A DNA stretch of 64,000 bases from an uncultured virus (IMG/VR IMGVR_UViG_3300002219_000864) (taxonomy: Duplodnaviria; Heunggongvirae; Uroviricota; Caudoviricetes). Below are positions 29,549-39,146 of this stretch, piece after piece. The position numbers and the translations under genes are program-made. The notes under the pieces are model-generated. The model was not told the DNA's origin. It searched no databases and saw only the letters and a program-made list of their open reading frames with translations. The first letter of the stretch is position 1. Each line of letters opens with the position of its first letter. The stretch is taken from IMG/VR virus record IMGVR_UViG_3300002219_000864, positions 1 through 64,000 of that record, one strand, 5' to 3'.

Positions 29549-30007
29549 TTATGCGTAGGTGTTTAGCTCGTCTTCGATGGTGTCTCCCATCTTGTAGAAG
29601 ACGTTCATGAAGATCGTCTGATTCACCTCAAGGGTATCACCGAGCCACTTCACGTCGATGGTGTCGTCGGCGGCATACTGATAGTTTTCAACGCACGCCA
29701 TGTCGCCATCTTCGTGGTAGTCGCTTCTGATCGGGCCACTCGACGGGTCAATCCCATCGAGAAACCTGTCAACGGTGGTTCCGTCGCCCACGTCGAAGGT
29801 CCTGCCTGCGCCTGAGTCGCCCACGAACATGTGGATGTCGAGGATCTGCGCCCCCTTCGGTACCGGAACCATCTGAACGACGCTGTTCGCATCGAGGGCG
29901 GCTGCTGCCTTGTAATACCCGGTCCTGCACAAAACAACGCCGGCCCTTCTGTCGTCGGGTTTGATCCCGGCTAATACTGCACTTGACTGCACGGTTACTG
30001 CTGCCAT
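29549..30007 (-). CDS. Putative head decoration/cement protein
   Basis: 152 aa directly after the capsid gene; VPKGAQILDI...DVGD...DRF.DG pattern. Confidence 0.6.
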   Translation of the reverse strand: MAAVTVQSSAVLAGIKPDDRRAGVVLCRTGYYKAAAALDANSVVQMVPVPKGAQILDIHMFVGDSGAGRTFDVGDGTTVDRFLDGIDPSSGPIRSDYHEDGDMACVENYQYAADDTIDVKWLGDTLEVNQTIFMNVFYKMGDTIEDELNTYA

Positions 30008-30024
30008 GGTATCACCCCCTTATC

Positions 30025-31104
30025 CTATGCGTTCGGGTTGATGCAGTAAGTGTCCACTGCAACGACCCCGAAGTCTTTGCTGTTGTACCGGGACTTCTTC
30101 ACGCCGTAGATGGTGCCTGCAGTAATAGCCAGCGCGTTGCCCCTGTCGTCCGTCTCCTCGTTCCAGGTGTACCGTCCGGGGGCGTTGTTCCCGCCCCAGG
30201 CGATGATCCCCGCCTGCGCGCCGAGCAGAAGCGCCCTGGCTGCGGGCTGTGCTCCGTCGGAGCCGTAGTCGGAAAAGCGGATCACGTTCCGGTGCTTGTG
30301 CATGACAATTCCGTTGTAGCTGCCCAAAGCGTTCTTGTAGATCAGGCTGTCCTTGCCGTCGGTGTTCTTGTGGATGTCGATCCAGTCGTTGGCGCTCACC
30401 GAAGCCCTGAGATCAAACGCCTGCCACACGTGCATGAGCAGCACGTATTCAAGCTCTCCGTCCACGGAGAAGGGGAGCATGACCGGGTCAACCGTTTCCA
30501 CGGAGGCCACGGCCTTGTCGCAGATGGTGAGGTCCATCTTGTCGCCTGAGTCGAGGTCAGCCTTGCCGGTTGCGTTCCCTCCGTAGAAGATGTGGTTTGA
30601 GTCCGGCACGGTCAGCGCATTGCTCGCCCGACCGGTGAAGCCCAGCGGCGCGTGCAGCGACGCATCGATCCCTCTGGCGCCGGCGAGGTACATCATGATC
30701 TGCTCGTCATAGTCCTCTGCCCACCACGTGGCAAGGGCGTCGCGGCCTTCTTTCCTCATGTTGTAGGGGACGCGCTGCTCGGACATCTGGCCCTTGGACT
30801 TGGTGCCCTTCCTCCTCTGGTCGATGTAGAGCGCATCGTAGAAGAAGTTGAGGGCCTCTTCCGCACTCGTTCCCTCGATGATGTTGTCGCCCTCGGTGCC
30901 GTCCCCGGCCAGTTTCATTCTGAGGCCCACGGTGATCATCTCACCGGCCTTCTTGGACAATTCCTGCTGAATCTTGATCAGCGCATTCTCGTCGGTGCCC
31001 ATGAACTTCCGGAAGTACTGCTTCTTCTCGGCTTCCACGGCCAGCGACGTGCTCCACCGGCGCACTGCCAATGGGTCGTTTAATGGAAAATCTGTTGCTG
31101 CCAT
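30025..31104 (-). CDS. Major capsid protein, N4-gp56/DUF4043 family
   Basis: ELSKKAGEMITVGLRMKLAGDG.EG, IDQRR, RALLLGAQA, EE.DDRGN, G.KKSRYNSKDFGVVAVDT. Confidence 0.9.
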   Translation of the reverse strand: MAATDFPLNDPLAVRRWSTSLAVEAEKKQYFRKFMGTDENALIKIQQELSKKAGEMITVGLRMKLAGDGTEGDNIIEGTSAEEALNFFYDALYIDQRRKGTKSKGQMSEQRVPYNMRKEGRDALATWWAEDYDEQIMMYLAGARGIDASLHAPLGFTGRASNALTVPDSNHIFYGGNATGKADLDSGDKMDLTICDKAVASVETVDPVMLPFSVDGELEYVLLMHVWQAFDLRASVSANDWIDIHKNTDGKDSLIYKNALGSYNGIVMHKHRNVIRFSDYGSDGAQPAARALLLGAQAGIIAWGGNNAPGRYTWNEETDDRGNALAITAGTIYGVKKSRYNSKDFGVVAVDTYCINPNA

Positions 31105-31127
31105 GTTCGTTCTCCTTATTTAGGGTC

Positions 31128-32213
31128 TTATCTGCCCTGGAGGTACCGCTCCTGTTCTTCCGTTGACATCCGCGCCATTTCCGCCTCGGTAACGACCCGG
31201 TTGGGGTCGTTCGGCACGGACGATCCGCCGGGAGGGGTGCCCCCGATATTGCGATAGCCCGTTGTTGTGTTGTGTATTTTCCCCAGGAGCTCTGCTGCCC
31301 CCTGGGCCTTCAGTAAATCTTCCTTTGTTAAATCAGGCTTCACAGCCTTGTATGCGTTGTTGAGCAGGGTGAGCATCTGCACCGCCCCTTTCCCGAGGAG
31401 TACTACGCGCCCGTCCTCCCCGACGATGCGGGTGGTGGGGTCGGTCAGGACGGAGACGAACGTCTCGTCCATGCCGTTGTCAGCCGCAAACCTGGTGAGT
31501 GACTTGTTGACGTCACCATCCTCGGCGAATATCCCCGGCACCGCCTGTTCCATCTCGGTGTAGCGCTGCTGGATCAGGGCCTTCGTCTGGTGCTCAGCGG
31601 CCTTCCTCTGCTGCTCTTCCTTCTGGTTCTGTTCCTCCTGCTTCTGAAACCGGTTCAGGTTGTGGAGGTAGATCTGGGCTTCCACCAGGTCGTTCTCGGC
31701 AAGCTCGCGGTACTCTTTTGCGCTCAATACCTTGAAATCCTGGGGCAATCCTTCCTCTTCCCTGGCCTGCACCTCTTCTTTCTGCGGCTGTTGTTCCTCT
31801 GCCGGTTTCCCCTGGGACAGGGTCGCAACCGCTGCCTCAAGTTCCTGAATCCGTGAGGACATTGCCTGCCGTTTGCCCCGTTCCTCGTGGAGCGCTGCCA
31901 GCGGCACGTATCCCGTTGGAGGCTTCACCGCCTCTTTTGTTTCTCCTTCCCGGGGGGCATCATTGCGTTCCTCGGGGGGCGGCTCTGCGTCCTCCGCGTT
32001 TTCGGGTTGTTCCCCGCTTTCCGCTGGTTCTTCCAGGGTTTCCCCTGCTGGTTCCTCGCCCATGAGTTCGGCGTCGGTCACGGTCTCCCCGAACAGCGAG
32101 GATGTTACGGTTTCGTTCTCGGGCGCACGGCTCTCTGCTGCGTCCTGAACGCTCGGGTCATCACGCTGATCCGCGGCGTCGGTTGGTGCTTCTACTGCTG
32201 TGTTTGTTTCCAT
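31128..32213 (-). CDS. Capsid scaffolding protein
   Basis: Acidic N-terminus, VPLAALHEERGKRQ, coiled coil, C-terminal MSTEEQERYL; immediately upstream of the capsid gene. Confidence 0.8.
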   Translation of the reverse strand: METNTAVEAPTDAADQRDDPSVQDAAESRAPENETVTSSLFGETVTDAELMGEEPAGETLEEPAESGEQPENAEDAEPPPEERNDAPREGETKEAVKPPTGYVPLAALHEERGKRQAMSSRIQELEAAVATLSQGKPAEEQQPQKEEVQAREEEGLPQDFKVLSAKEYRELAENDLVEAQIYLHNLNRFQKQEEQNQKEEQQRKAAEHQTKALIQQRYTEMEQAVPGIFAEDGDVNKSLTRFAADNGMDETFVSVLTDPTTRIVGEDGRVVLLGKGAVQMLTLLNNAYKAVKPDLTKEDLLKAQGAAELLGKIHNTTTGYRNIGGTPPGGSSVPNDPNRVVTEAEMARMSTEEQERYLQGR

Positions 32214-32306
32214 GTGTCACTCCTTTTTCTGCCTGCTCTTTTCCGGGTTGCAGGCCCCCGAATGTATGGTGCCGGTATTCGCTACCGGGAAAGCGTCACA
32301 ACGAAA

Positions 32307-32371
32307 AGCCCCCTGAAGACCGGTACGTCACGAAGGGAAGTGTTTCCCATGCGTACCGGTTCCAGGGGGCT
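32307..32371 (-). other. Long intergenic stem-loop before the scaffold-capsid genes
   Basis: AGCCCCCTG(GA)ACCGGTACG...CGTACCGGT(CTT)CAGGGGGCT enclosing GGGAAACACTTCCC, followed by TTTCGTT on the minus strand. Confidence 0.6.
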
Positions 32372-32439
32372 CATTTTAAGCGCGCTGGCTGCCCTTGATA
32401 CCGCTTACTTTTGCGGCGGGCGATATGTGCGTTTTTGTC

Positions 32440-32760
32440 TTATTTCATGGTTGCGGTCTCCCTGGCCGCTTTCACCTTATTCACAACGTCCTTGACTACA
32501 GACACGATCGCCATGATTGCCCCGTGGGCCTGGATGCCGATGGTAGTGAGCAGGACGATGGCGTCACTGGTTTCGTTCAGCGCGGTCTCATCGATGGACA
32601 CGCCGAAGAACTCCCGCACTATCTGTCCTATCAGAATAAGGACTGGCCCCACCGCCTTCCTTGACAGCAGCACGCCGAAGATCTTCCCGATGGAATACTC
32701 TGCCGCGATGGCGGCCCTGGCGTCTTTAAACTTCGCATACAGCTTGAGATATTTCATCAT
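32440..32760 (-). CDS. Holin-like membrane protein
   Basis: 106 aa, two hydrophobic segments, LLSRK motif, in the lysis cluster. Confidence 0.5.
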   Translation of the reverse strand: MMKYLKLYAKFKDARAAIAAEYSIGKIFGVLLSRKAVGPVLILIGQIVREFFGVSIDETALNETSDAIVLLTTIGIQAHGAIMAIVSVVKDVVNKVKAARETATMK

Positions 32761-32763
32761 TGC

Positions 32764-33063
32764 CTATTCCTCTGTCTTGAGCTTCTGGACCGCTGCCTCG
32801 ATCGCTGCATAGATCATGGAGGTCGTCACCTGGACGCCGAGGGTGATGCCCTGCCCTTTCAGGTCGGTTACTATGGCATCGAATGCCGCTTTCCTCTTGT
32901 CGTTGCCGTCAGCGTCTCCCATGGTTTGGGCCATGGTCTTCACTGCCGCTATGGCCGACGCTGCCAGTATGTTCCCCGCGCTCGACAGAAACACCCTGAC
33001 GAAGGGCGCAAGAAAGTCCCATATCCTGGAAAACACGAGCTTCAGTTTCTCTGAAAATGTCAT
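32764..33063 (-). CDS. Holin-like protein (LL-H-like)
   Basis: DGNDKRKAAF...IYAAIEAAVQKLK pattern; near the endolysin. Confidence 0.55.
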   Translation of the reverse strand: MTFSEKLKLVFSRIWDFLAPFVRVFLSSAGNILAASAIAAVKTMAQTMGDADGNDKRKAAFDAIVTDLKGQGITLGVQVTTSMIYAAIEAAVQKLKTEE

Positions 33064-33065
33064 GG

Positions 33066-33206
33066 TTATTCTCCTTTGCGAAACAGTTTCTTGAAGAATT
33101 TCGCGATGGTGTCGTCCCAGTTCCAGCGGAAAGTCTTGCCGATCCTGACAACAAATCCACCGTTTTTGAGGTCATCACGTTTCGCTATCTCTTCTATTAC
33201 ATTCAT
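33066..33206 (-). CDS. Hypothetical 46-aa protein
   Basis: MNVIEEIAKRDDLKNGGFVVRIGKTFRWNWDDTIAKFFKKLFRKGE*, GGGAG SD; below the ORF-track cutoff. Confidence 0.45.
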   Translation of the reverse strand: MNVIEEIAKRDDLKNGGFVVRIGKTFRWNWDDTIAKFFKKLFRKGE

Positions 33207-33222
33207 GGAGTTGCTCCCCTGT

Positions 33223-33810
33223 TCATCCATTCAGCACGCTCCGCACCTTCTCGCGGAAGATGCCGCGAAATGTCGTATCTTTGTCAGCCTCTGCCAGCAT
33301 CAACCGAATCCGCGTTATGGCCTGGCTGGTCTCGTACCACTCACAGAGTGCAGCCGATGCTGCCAGGACAGACAGAGCCCGCCTGGTCAGCCCCCGGAAG
33401 AATCCCACGTATCCCGGCAGCCGGTCCGCAAGGGACAGGTAGTAGGTGATCTGGTGGAGGGCAAACCCGTTGATGTTCGGTGATTTCCTTAATAATTCCT
33501 TAGCCCTGAAGGGGCCGGAATTGAATGCGAAGTCCGTCGTCTGAACATCCTGGCCGGGTGGTAATGTATCCGCCTTTACCCGGTTCCAGAATTCCTTCTG
33601 GTACACGTCGAGGACAACGTTGTCCGTCACGAGGTAAACATCGTCCACGGTCACACATCCGTCATGGTTGAGGTCCAGCCGCAAGTTTTTCATCAGCCCC
33701 AGGGTGAGACCCATCTTGGTAGGGCCACCCCGGTCGTTCGGGTCGTTCACAAACACGACGCCCTCAGCGAGCATGGTGGTTCTGAATCCGTATACAAGGT
33801 TTTCCTTCAT
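33223..33810 (-). CDS. Endolysin, glycoside hydrolase family 108
   Basis: EG..FVNDPNDRGGPTKMGLT, Y..EFW, D.AFNSG motifs. Confidence 0.85.
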   Translation of the reverse strand: MKENLVYGFRTTMLAEGVVFVNDPNDRGGPTKMGLTLGLMKNLRLDLNHDGCVTVDDVYLVTDNVVLDVYQKEFWNRVKADTLPPGQDVQTTDFAFNSGPFRAKELLRKSPNINGFALHQITYYLSLADRLPGYVGFFRGLTRRALSVLAASAALCEWYETSQAITRIRLMLAEADKDTTFRGIFREKVRSVLNG

Positions 33811-33991
33811 GTGCTATCCTCCTGCACTCCGGACACAAGGTATGGTGTTCGCTGTACCCGTTCCTTGTAATCTCACCCCACTCATCATCTGTAAGATGAG
33901 CCCAGTGAGGCAACCGGTCACCCCTGCGGTACTTCTGGACGCGCCCGCACACGGAACAAATTTTGAGAACAATCCGGAATACCCCATGTCG

Positions 33992-34216
33992 CTATCCTTT
34001 CTGCGGGATTACCACGTTCCCGCCTCCGTTGTGCCGGTGGTAGTTGACCCTGTCCCACAGTTCCCGGTGGGCTTCTTCATTTTGCCTGCACATTTCCTTC
34101 ACGTGATCCCGCAGCTCCTTTTTCCATGCCCGCAGCGATGTGAGCATGATGCCGAGCAGCGCCACCCCTGTCGCAGAAAACCCTGTCAGCAATGCCAGCC
34201 ATGCGTTCTCCCCCAT
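33992..34216 (-). CDS. Small membrane protein with coiled coil
   Basis: N-terminal TM segment then CRQNEEAHRELWDRVN. Confidence 0.5.
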   Translation of the reverse strand: MGENAWLALLTGFSATGVALLGIMLTSLRAWKKELRDHVKEMCRQNEEAHRELWDRVNYHRHNGGGNVVIPQKG

Positions 34217-34224
34217 AGCCGCTC

Positions 34225-34458
34225 CTATTCGCACGGCCTGTTATAGTCAAGTCGGAGCCTCGCATGGTCGGTGAACTCAACCGTTTCACCGTTTGACAGT
34301 GTGACGCGCCACTTGCTGCCCACCTTTGCCACCTTGGTGGCGCAGTACTTCTCGTAGGTGACCTGGTGACCATCCTCTGTCTGGGTGATGGTGTCGATCC
34401 GGTCGCCCACGAGGATGAACCCGGCAAATCCGACAAGGAACAGTGCCAGCTGCTTCAT
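34225..34458 (-). CDS. Hypothetical exported 77-aa protein
   Basis: MKQLALFLVGFAGFILV...; coupled to the upstream gene (TGATG). Confidence 0.5.
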   Translation of the reverse strand: MKQLALFLVGFAGFILVGDRIDTITQTEDGHQVTYEKYCATKVAKVGSKWRVTLSNGETVEFTDHARLRLDYNRPCE

Positions 34459-34850
34459 CACCTGGCCCCCTGAAGGATCGCAGCAACCTCTGCTGCCTTC
34501 AACCCGGTCGGTGCCGGGAGGGGAATAGTGGTGGAAATCTCGTTCGAGGGACCCGACTCCAGCGAGCCAAGGTACGCTGTCATCACGAAAAACTTTGTGC
34601 CCGGTGATACGTTGGCCAGGGTGTATGTGGTCGCAGTCTTCGGCGTGATGGTTGCCACGCGGTTGGCCGCAACAATCTGGACCCCTGCAGCTGTCCCCAT
34701 GTAAAGGTGAAACCCGTCGGCCTCGGAGGTGTAGCTGTCCCACGCAAATTTGAGATCCGCTGCGTGTGCCATCACAGCCACGAGAAGGGCAATCATGATG
34801 GCGAAGAGCGCTGCACAAAATATCCTGTTCATCATCCTGTTTGTGTCCAT
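34458..34850 (-). CDS. Secreted fibronectin type III domain protein
   Basis: Signal peptide ending AHA, then FAWD...GFHLY...TYTL.N..PG..FFVMTAY..LESGPSNE; AAAGGAG SD. Confidence 0.7.
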   Translation of the reverse strand: MDTNRMMNRIFCAALFAIMIALLVAVMAHAADLKFAWDSYTSEADGFHLYMGTAAGVQIVAANRVATITPKTATTYTLANVSPGTKFFVMTAYLGSLESGPSNEISTTIPLPAPTGLKAAEVAAILQGAR

Positions 34851-34863
34851 AGTGGTTCTCCTT

Positions 34864-35049
34864 TCATATCCCAACGCCTGGGGCGCTGGGGAAGATTCGG
34901 TCAAAGTTGTGCCGGTAGTGCGCTAAATCCGCCTCGTTGTTAAACCGAAACGTGTTCCACCGGAAATCCCGTCCATGGGGCAGCTCCCGGTGGCTGCGAA
35001 AATGCCGCTCTGCCCTTGCCTCGAATACTGCTTCCTCGTGTCGTGTCAT
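34864..35049 (-). CDS. Hypothetical 61-aa phage protein
   Basis: YRHNFDRIF motif; ATGA overlap with the reconstructed portal stop. Confidence 0.55.
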   Translation of the reverse strand: MTRHEEAVFEARAERHFRSHRELPHGRDFRWNTFRFNNEADLAHYRHNFDRIFPSAPGVGI

Positions 35050-37143
35050 GCTGTGCCTCCTGCTGCCATTGCCTTCCGGTATCCGTTGCCGATAGCCGCC
35101 TTCTTTGCTGTTTCCGGGTTATATCCGGTCCTTGTGGCGATCATGTCTTTCTGCATGTCATACCCGGCCCGGATTCCTCGCAGGNNGGGCCGCGTCGTCA
35201 CGCTTCACCCTGTCGCCTGCCCTGAGCGACTCGATCTCGGCAGTGAGCTTTTGGTTGACGAGCTGGAGGTTCTCAAGCTTGAGCCGCAGCGCCGCCTCCT
35301 CTACCTGGGCAGCTTTTGCCTGTGCCGCCTTCTGCGCCTCCAGCTGCTGCGCAACCTGGGCCTTGATCTCTTCCGGGCTCCTGTTCTGGTCGTCGCCCTC
35401 GATGCCGATGATGGGCCTGATCCGCGCCATGAGCTGGTCCTTGTTGGGGAGGTTCGATATCTCCATGGCCGCGTTCATGAGGTACGGGATGATCTCGGGC
35501 GGGCTCTTCTTCACCCACTCGATGAGCATGTTGAGGTGCTGTTCTCTCACGGTGTCGGTTGCCGGTGCCTCGGAGACGACGCAATCGAACTTGCCCTGGG
35601 TGATGTTGTTGTGCAGGACGACCTCGCCCATGGGACCCTGCTCGCGCTTGTTCAGGTGCACCCACTTTCTGGCACCCGTGAGCCTGTCGGTGACCCGGAG
35701 GATCTTCTCCCCCCTCCACTGGCTCTGGACCTCGGGGATGATCAGCTCTCCAAGACGCTTCTCAGACCGTCTCTTGTTCCCAAAGATGGGCGCGAGGATG
35801 GTGTTGCCCTGCTGCTGTTTGCGCTCGATGGCCACACCGGAAACCTGGCTGGATTTGTACCCGAGGGAATCAGCGTTCGCCCCGGACACCTCCTGGATCT
35901 CCCGCTCCGATTGCAACAACAAATCGACCTGGGGGCGGTACAGTTCGGCCATCTCCTCAACCTTGACGGCGTTGATCTTGCCTTCCTTGACCACGATGAA
36001 CCCGTCGAGCTTGTTCGCCTCTTCGTAGATGTCCTGGAGCTTGGTGGCGTCGTCCACCACCTTCTCCTCCACGGTCACCCGCCTGCTCTTGAGCAGCGCC
36101 AAAGCCATTGACCGGCGCTTGTTGATCTCCTCGTTCTGGCCCCGGAGGTTGCGCGGGACACCGTAGGGGTAGTTGAACCGGTCAAGATATCCGTAGAACG
36201 GTATGAAGGGATACTCGTCGTGTCTGTACGGGCTGTACCCCCAGTTAAGCACGATGTCGCCGAGGAAGGTGATGGTTTTGATCTTCGGGACCTGCGCCTT
36301 GACGACCTCCTGTGCGGACAGGACAGCCTGCCGCAGGAAAAGGGGGTCGGCGTCTCTCGTGAGCTCAATGGAATCCCCGTTGGCGAACCTGGCCCAGAGG
36401 CCTTCCTCGTACACGCAATACCACAGCTCCACAGGCCTGACCCGCTTCCTGCCATAGGCGTTGATGGCAACCCGTTCCTTCATCTCTTCGATCAACGTTG
36501 ACTCATCCACAACAGCTCCGCGGGACATGCTGCCCCTGCGGGACAGCTCGTGATACTCCTCAAAGGCATCCCGTAATTCCTGCTTTTTCTCGGGGAACTG
36601 CGTGATCAGCCAGTCCAGGTCCTTCCAGGGCTGGTAGTAGACGTAGCGGCACCCGTTGGCCGACAGCCACGGGTCTCCGAAGGGGTCCCACCCCATGTCC
36701 TTCCAGTCGTGATACTGAACCCACACACGCTCCCTGCGGGGGTCAGGGTTATGACTGATTGACAGGAACCCTGCTCCCGGTATGACACTGTCCTTGAATG
36801 CCTGCGATACCAGCGCTGGGCCGTTGTACTGCTCCATGATGTAGCGGACCGCCTCGGTCATGGTGGTGCTGATCTCCGCGTCGTCCTGGGTGCGTCCCTC
36901 GATGGTGATGTCGTTCTTGTTTATCTGCTCTGACCCTAAAAGAAGATTGACCACGGGGAATGTCCGGTTGATGGTCAGGGGGTCAATGCCCGCTTCTTTC
37001 GCCTTTCGATAGTCTTCTTCAGTCCACTGCTTGCCGTCGTAGATCTCACAGTCCCGCCATGCCTCTGCGCGCCACGCCTCAGACACAAGCATGGACTCGT
37101 AGACGAAGTCCTGGATCTCTTTTAACGTGTAGTCGCCGGTCAT
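35046..37143 (-). CDS. Portal protein (P22/N4-like)
   Basis: YDGKQW, PLTINR..P.VN...G, PFIPFYG, Q.EINKRRS, SGVAI. Start MTGDY overlaps the terL stop. Past the NN at 35185-35186 the alternative frame runs to TGA at 35046. Confidence 0.9.
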
Positions 37144-38648
37144 CGGCTTCTCCTGGGGACGAAACCGGAATTGCTTGTGCCTCCCATGCTGCCGGAGGCA
37201 ACCGCAAGGGTAAGGAAGGCGTCTGCGGGGTTGCTGGCCCAATCGTGGAGGGGCTCCTGCTTGTAGCAGCCATTTTTGTCGTCCCATGCCTTCCGGTATG
37301 CTTCCAAGCCCTTGATGCCGTCACTGCAATGCACCTCGTCGAACCAGCAGAACTGGAGGAAGTTCCTGGCCGCCTCGATCTGGTCTGCCTTGGCCAGCTT
37401 CGGGGCGACGGTAAAGTCGATGCCGTAGGTGGCTGCCTGCTCCTTCCTGGTCTTGCCGGTGCCAAGCTCGTGGACCTCGATGTCGTGAGGGGCGAAGTGG
37501 CCGCCGTAGTGGTACTCACGGTCGCGCAGCACCTGGGCATAGTGGGCGAGGCCCTCACCGTTGTTCTCATAGAAGTCGATGATCCTCCACTGGTGGCCGT
37601 GGTGTTGGGCGAACCAGATATCGGTGGTGTCATCCATGCCGAGGTCCCACGCGGTGTAGACCGTCAGGCCCTCCTCGTAGGGGACGACGGTGATGCGGTT
37701 CTCCCGGTAGACGCGCTCAAACTGGTGGGCGAAATATGCCCCCTCCAGGCTCGCCTCGAAGGCCTCGTCGAAGGTCGAGGGGTACTCGCGTTTCATGTCG
37801 GTTCCCTGGAGTTTCCACTTGAGGTAATACCAGGCTTTCTGTCCTTCGGTCAGGGTAATGCTCTCGCTCGCTTCGATGGAGCGGAAGTATACGTTCATGG
37901 ACTCGGGGATGACGATGTTTTTCGGATCGACGCTGTTCTTGGCGTCGTGGTACCAGGGGAAGAAAAAAAGCCGCCATTCGAGGGAGGCGAGCTTGCCGCC
38001 CCGCATGCCGCTCTTGTGGGCATCGGTGCAGTAGTCGTAAAAGTAGCCGGACTTGCCTTCAGCCGTCGACTCGATGGTGATGACCTGTCCCGGGTGGACC
38101 GTGTTCAGCGATCCGGTGACAATCTCCTTTGCCTTGTCCGGGTACTTCGCGCAGATCTTGCCGAACTCCGATATGTGCAAAAGCTGCAACGTAGAACCGC
38201 GAAGCGAGGTGCCGACACGGATCGCGCTGTTGTTGCCAAACGATAGCTCTCGTGCGCTCCGGGAATCAGCAGGAACCATTCCTTTGACCTGGTCCGGGAG
38301 GTTGTCGTAAGCGTACTTGATCTTGTCGTTGAAGAAGATCTCCGCGTCGTCGCGGGTATGGGCGATGATGCCGGCCCGGATGTTCGGGGTGAAGAGGCAG
38401 TAATCGAGGTAAAGGATGCAGATGTCGGTGGTGATGCCGTGCTGGCGTGACTTCAAGATCAGGTTGAGGTACCAGAGGCTGTGGTTGAGGTGGTGCTGGA
38501 TGCCGTTGGGCTGGAACAAAACGCGGTTGCCCTTGGCGTCGATAATGTAATAGAGGTTGTTCAGGCGCCACTCACGGTCGCCCAGGCGGTCGAGTGATTC
38601 ATCATGATAAAACTGCTGCAACGCTTCCGCTTCTTCAGTCATTGTCAT
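37140..38648 (-). CDS. terL: Terminase large subunit
   Basis: LKSRQHGITT (Walker A), LHISEFG (Walker B), ESTAEG, AWDLGMDD and SNPADAF nuclease motifs. Confidence 0.93.
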   Translation of the reverse strand: MTMTEEAEALQQFYHDESLDRLGDREWRLNNLYYIIDAKGNRVLFQPNGIQHHLNHSLWYLNLILKSRQHGITTDICILYLDYCLFTPNIRAGIIAHTRDDAEIFFNDKIKYAYDNLPDQVKGMVPADSRSARELSFGNNSAIRVGTSLRGSTLQLLHISEFGKICAKYPDKAKEIVTGSLNTVHPGQVITIESTAEGKSGYFYDYCTDAHKSGMRGGKLASLEWRLFFFPWYHDAKNSVDPKNIVIPESMNVYFRSIEASESITLTEGQKAWYYLKWKLQGTDMKREYPSTFDEAFEASLEGAYFAHQFERVYRENRITVVPYEEGLTVYTAWDLGMDDTTDIWFAQHHGHQWRIIDFYENNGEGLAHYAQVLRDREYHYGGHFAPHDIEVHELGTGKTRKEQAATYGIDFTVAPKLAKADQIEAARNFLQFCWFDEVHCSDGIKGLEAYRKAWDDKNGCYKQEPLHDWASNPADAFLTLAVASGSMGGTSNSGFVPRRSR

Positions 38649-39060
38649 TCACCAGTCCCGTTGCCTGTCCGACGATCTCTTCGTAGAGCATCTGGAGGGG
38701 TCCGCCGCCTGCCCCGGTGATCTCCCGCTTCTCAGCCGGATAGTCCCCGCGAAGCTTGTGGGCGTCCATGCGGGCGCGTTGCCGTATATCCCAGGCTATC
38801 TCATCCCACTCGATGACAGTTTCCCCGTCGCCGAATGAATCTTTGTCCTTTGTCTGTATGATTGTTCCTGACGCAGCCACTATACGCCGGCCCTTAACAA
38901 GCTGGTCGGCATTGACGGCACCCTTAACTTTGATTGATTTCGTGACCTTGGCCCTGAGCTCCCTCTTGAGCAGCTTCGTCAATGTGGGCAATGTGAGCCC
39001 GTTCTGTTCGAAATACTCAAGGGCTGATGGTCCATGTACTTCGTCAAGTGTCGCAGGCAT
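38635..39060 (-). CDS. terS: Probable terminase small subunit
   Basis: 141 aa overlapping the terL start; C-terminal KREITGAGGGPL typical of TerS. Confidence 0.7.
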   Translation of the reverse strand: MPATLDEVHGPSALEYFEQNGLTLPTLTKLLKRELRAKVTKSIKVKGAVNADQLVKGRRIVAASGTIIQTKDKDSFGDGETVIEWDEIAWDIRQRARMDAHKLRGDYPAEKREITGAGGGPLQMLYEEIVGQATGLVNDND

Positions 39061-39067
39061 GATTGCG

Positions 39068-39096
39068 AGGATAAAACAACGCTCTTACCCCGTCAA
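39068..39096 (-). promoter_or_regulatory. sigma70-like promoter directly upstream of terS (probably leaderless)
   Basis: TTGACG (39096-39091), 17 bp, TATCCT (39073-39068), 7 nt, ATG; no SD. Confidence 0.6.
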
Positions 39097-39107
39097 AAGG
39101 CTATAGT

Positions 39108-39146
39108 GGCGGCAATAAGAGCGGTAGCTCAAGGGCGGCAATCAGA
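39108..39146. repeat. 13-bp direct repeat pair upstream of the terS promoter
   Basis: GGCGGCAATAAGA (39108-39120) and GGCGGCAATCAGA (39134-39146), 12/13 identical. Confidence 0.55.

Noticed and set aside
33764..33990. Small zinc-finger ORF (CSVC...CPEC) before the endolysin
   Set aside because: No in-frame start upstream of the first CxxC, and it overlaps the endolysin start by 47 bp. It may be a frameshifted gene but is unsupported.
35158..37287. Portal boundaries as given in the ORF track
   Set aside because: The N-terminal extension overlaps terL. The stop at 35158 follows NN; the alternative frame ends at 35046 with an ATGA overlap to the next gene.
1308..38310. Numerous plus-strand ORFs across the phage module, up to 395 aa
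   Set aside because: Antisense shadows of GC-rich minus-strand genes with no recognisable motifs.
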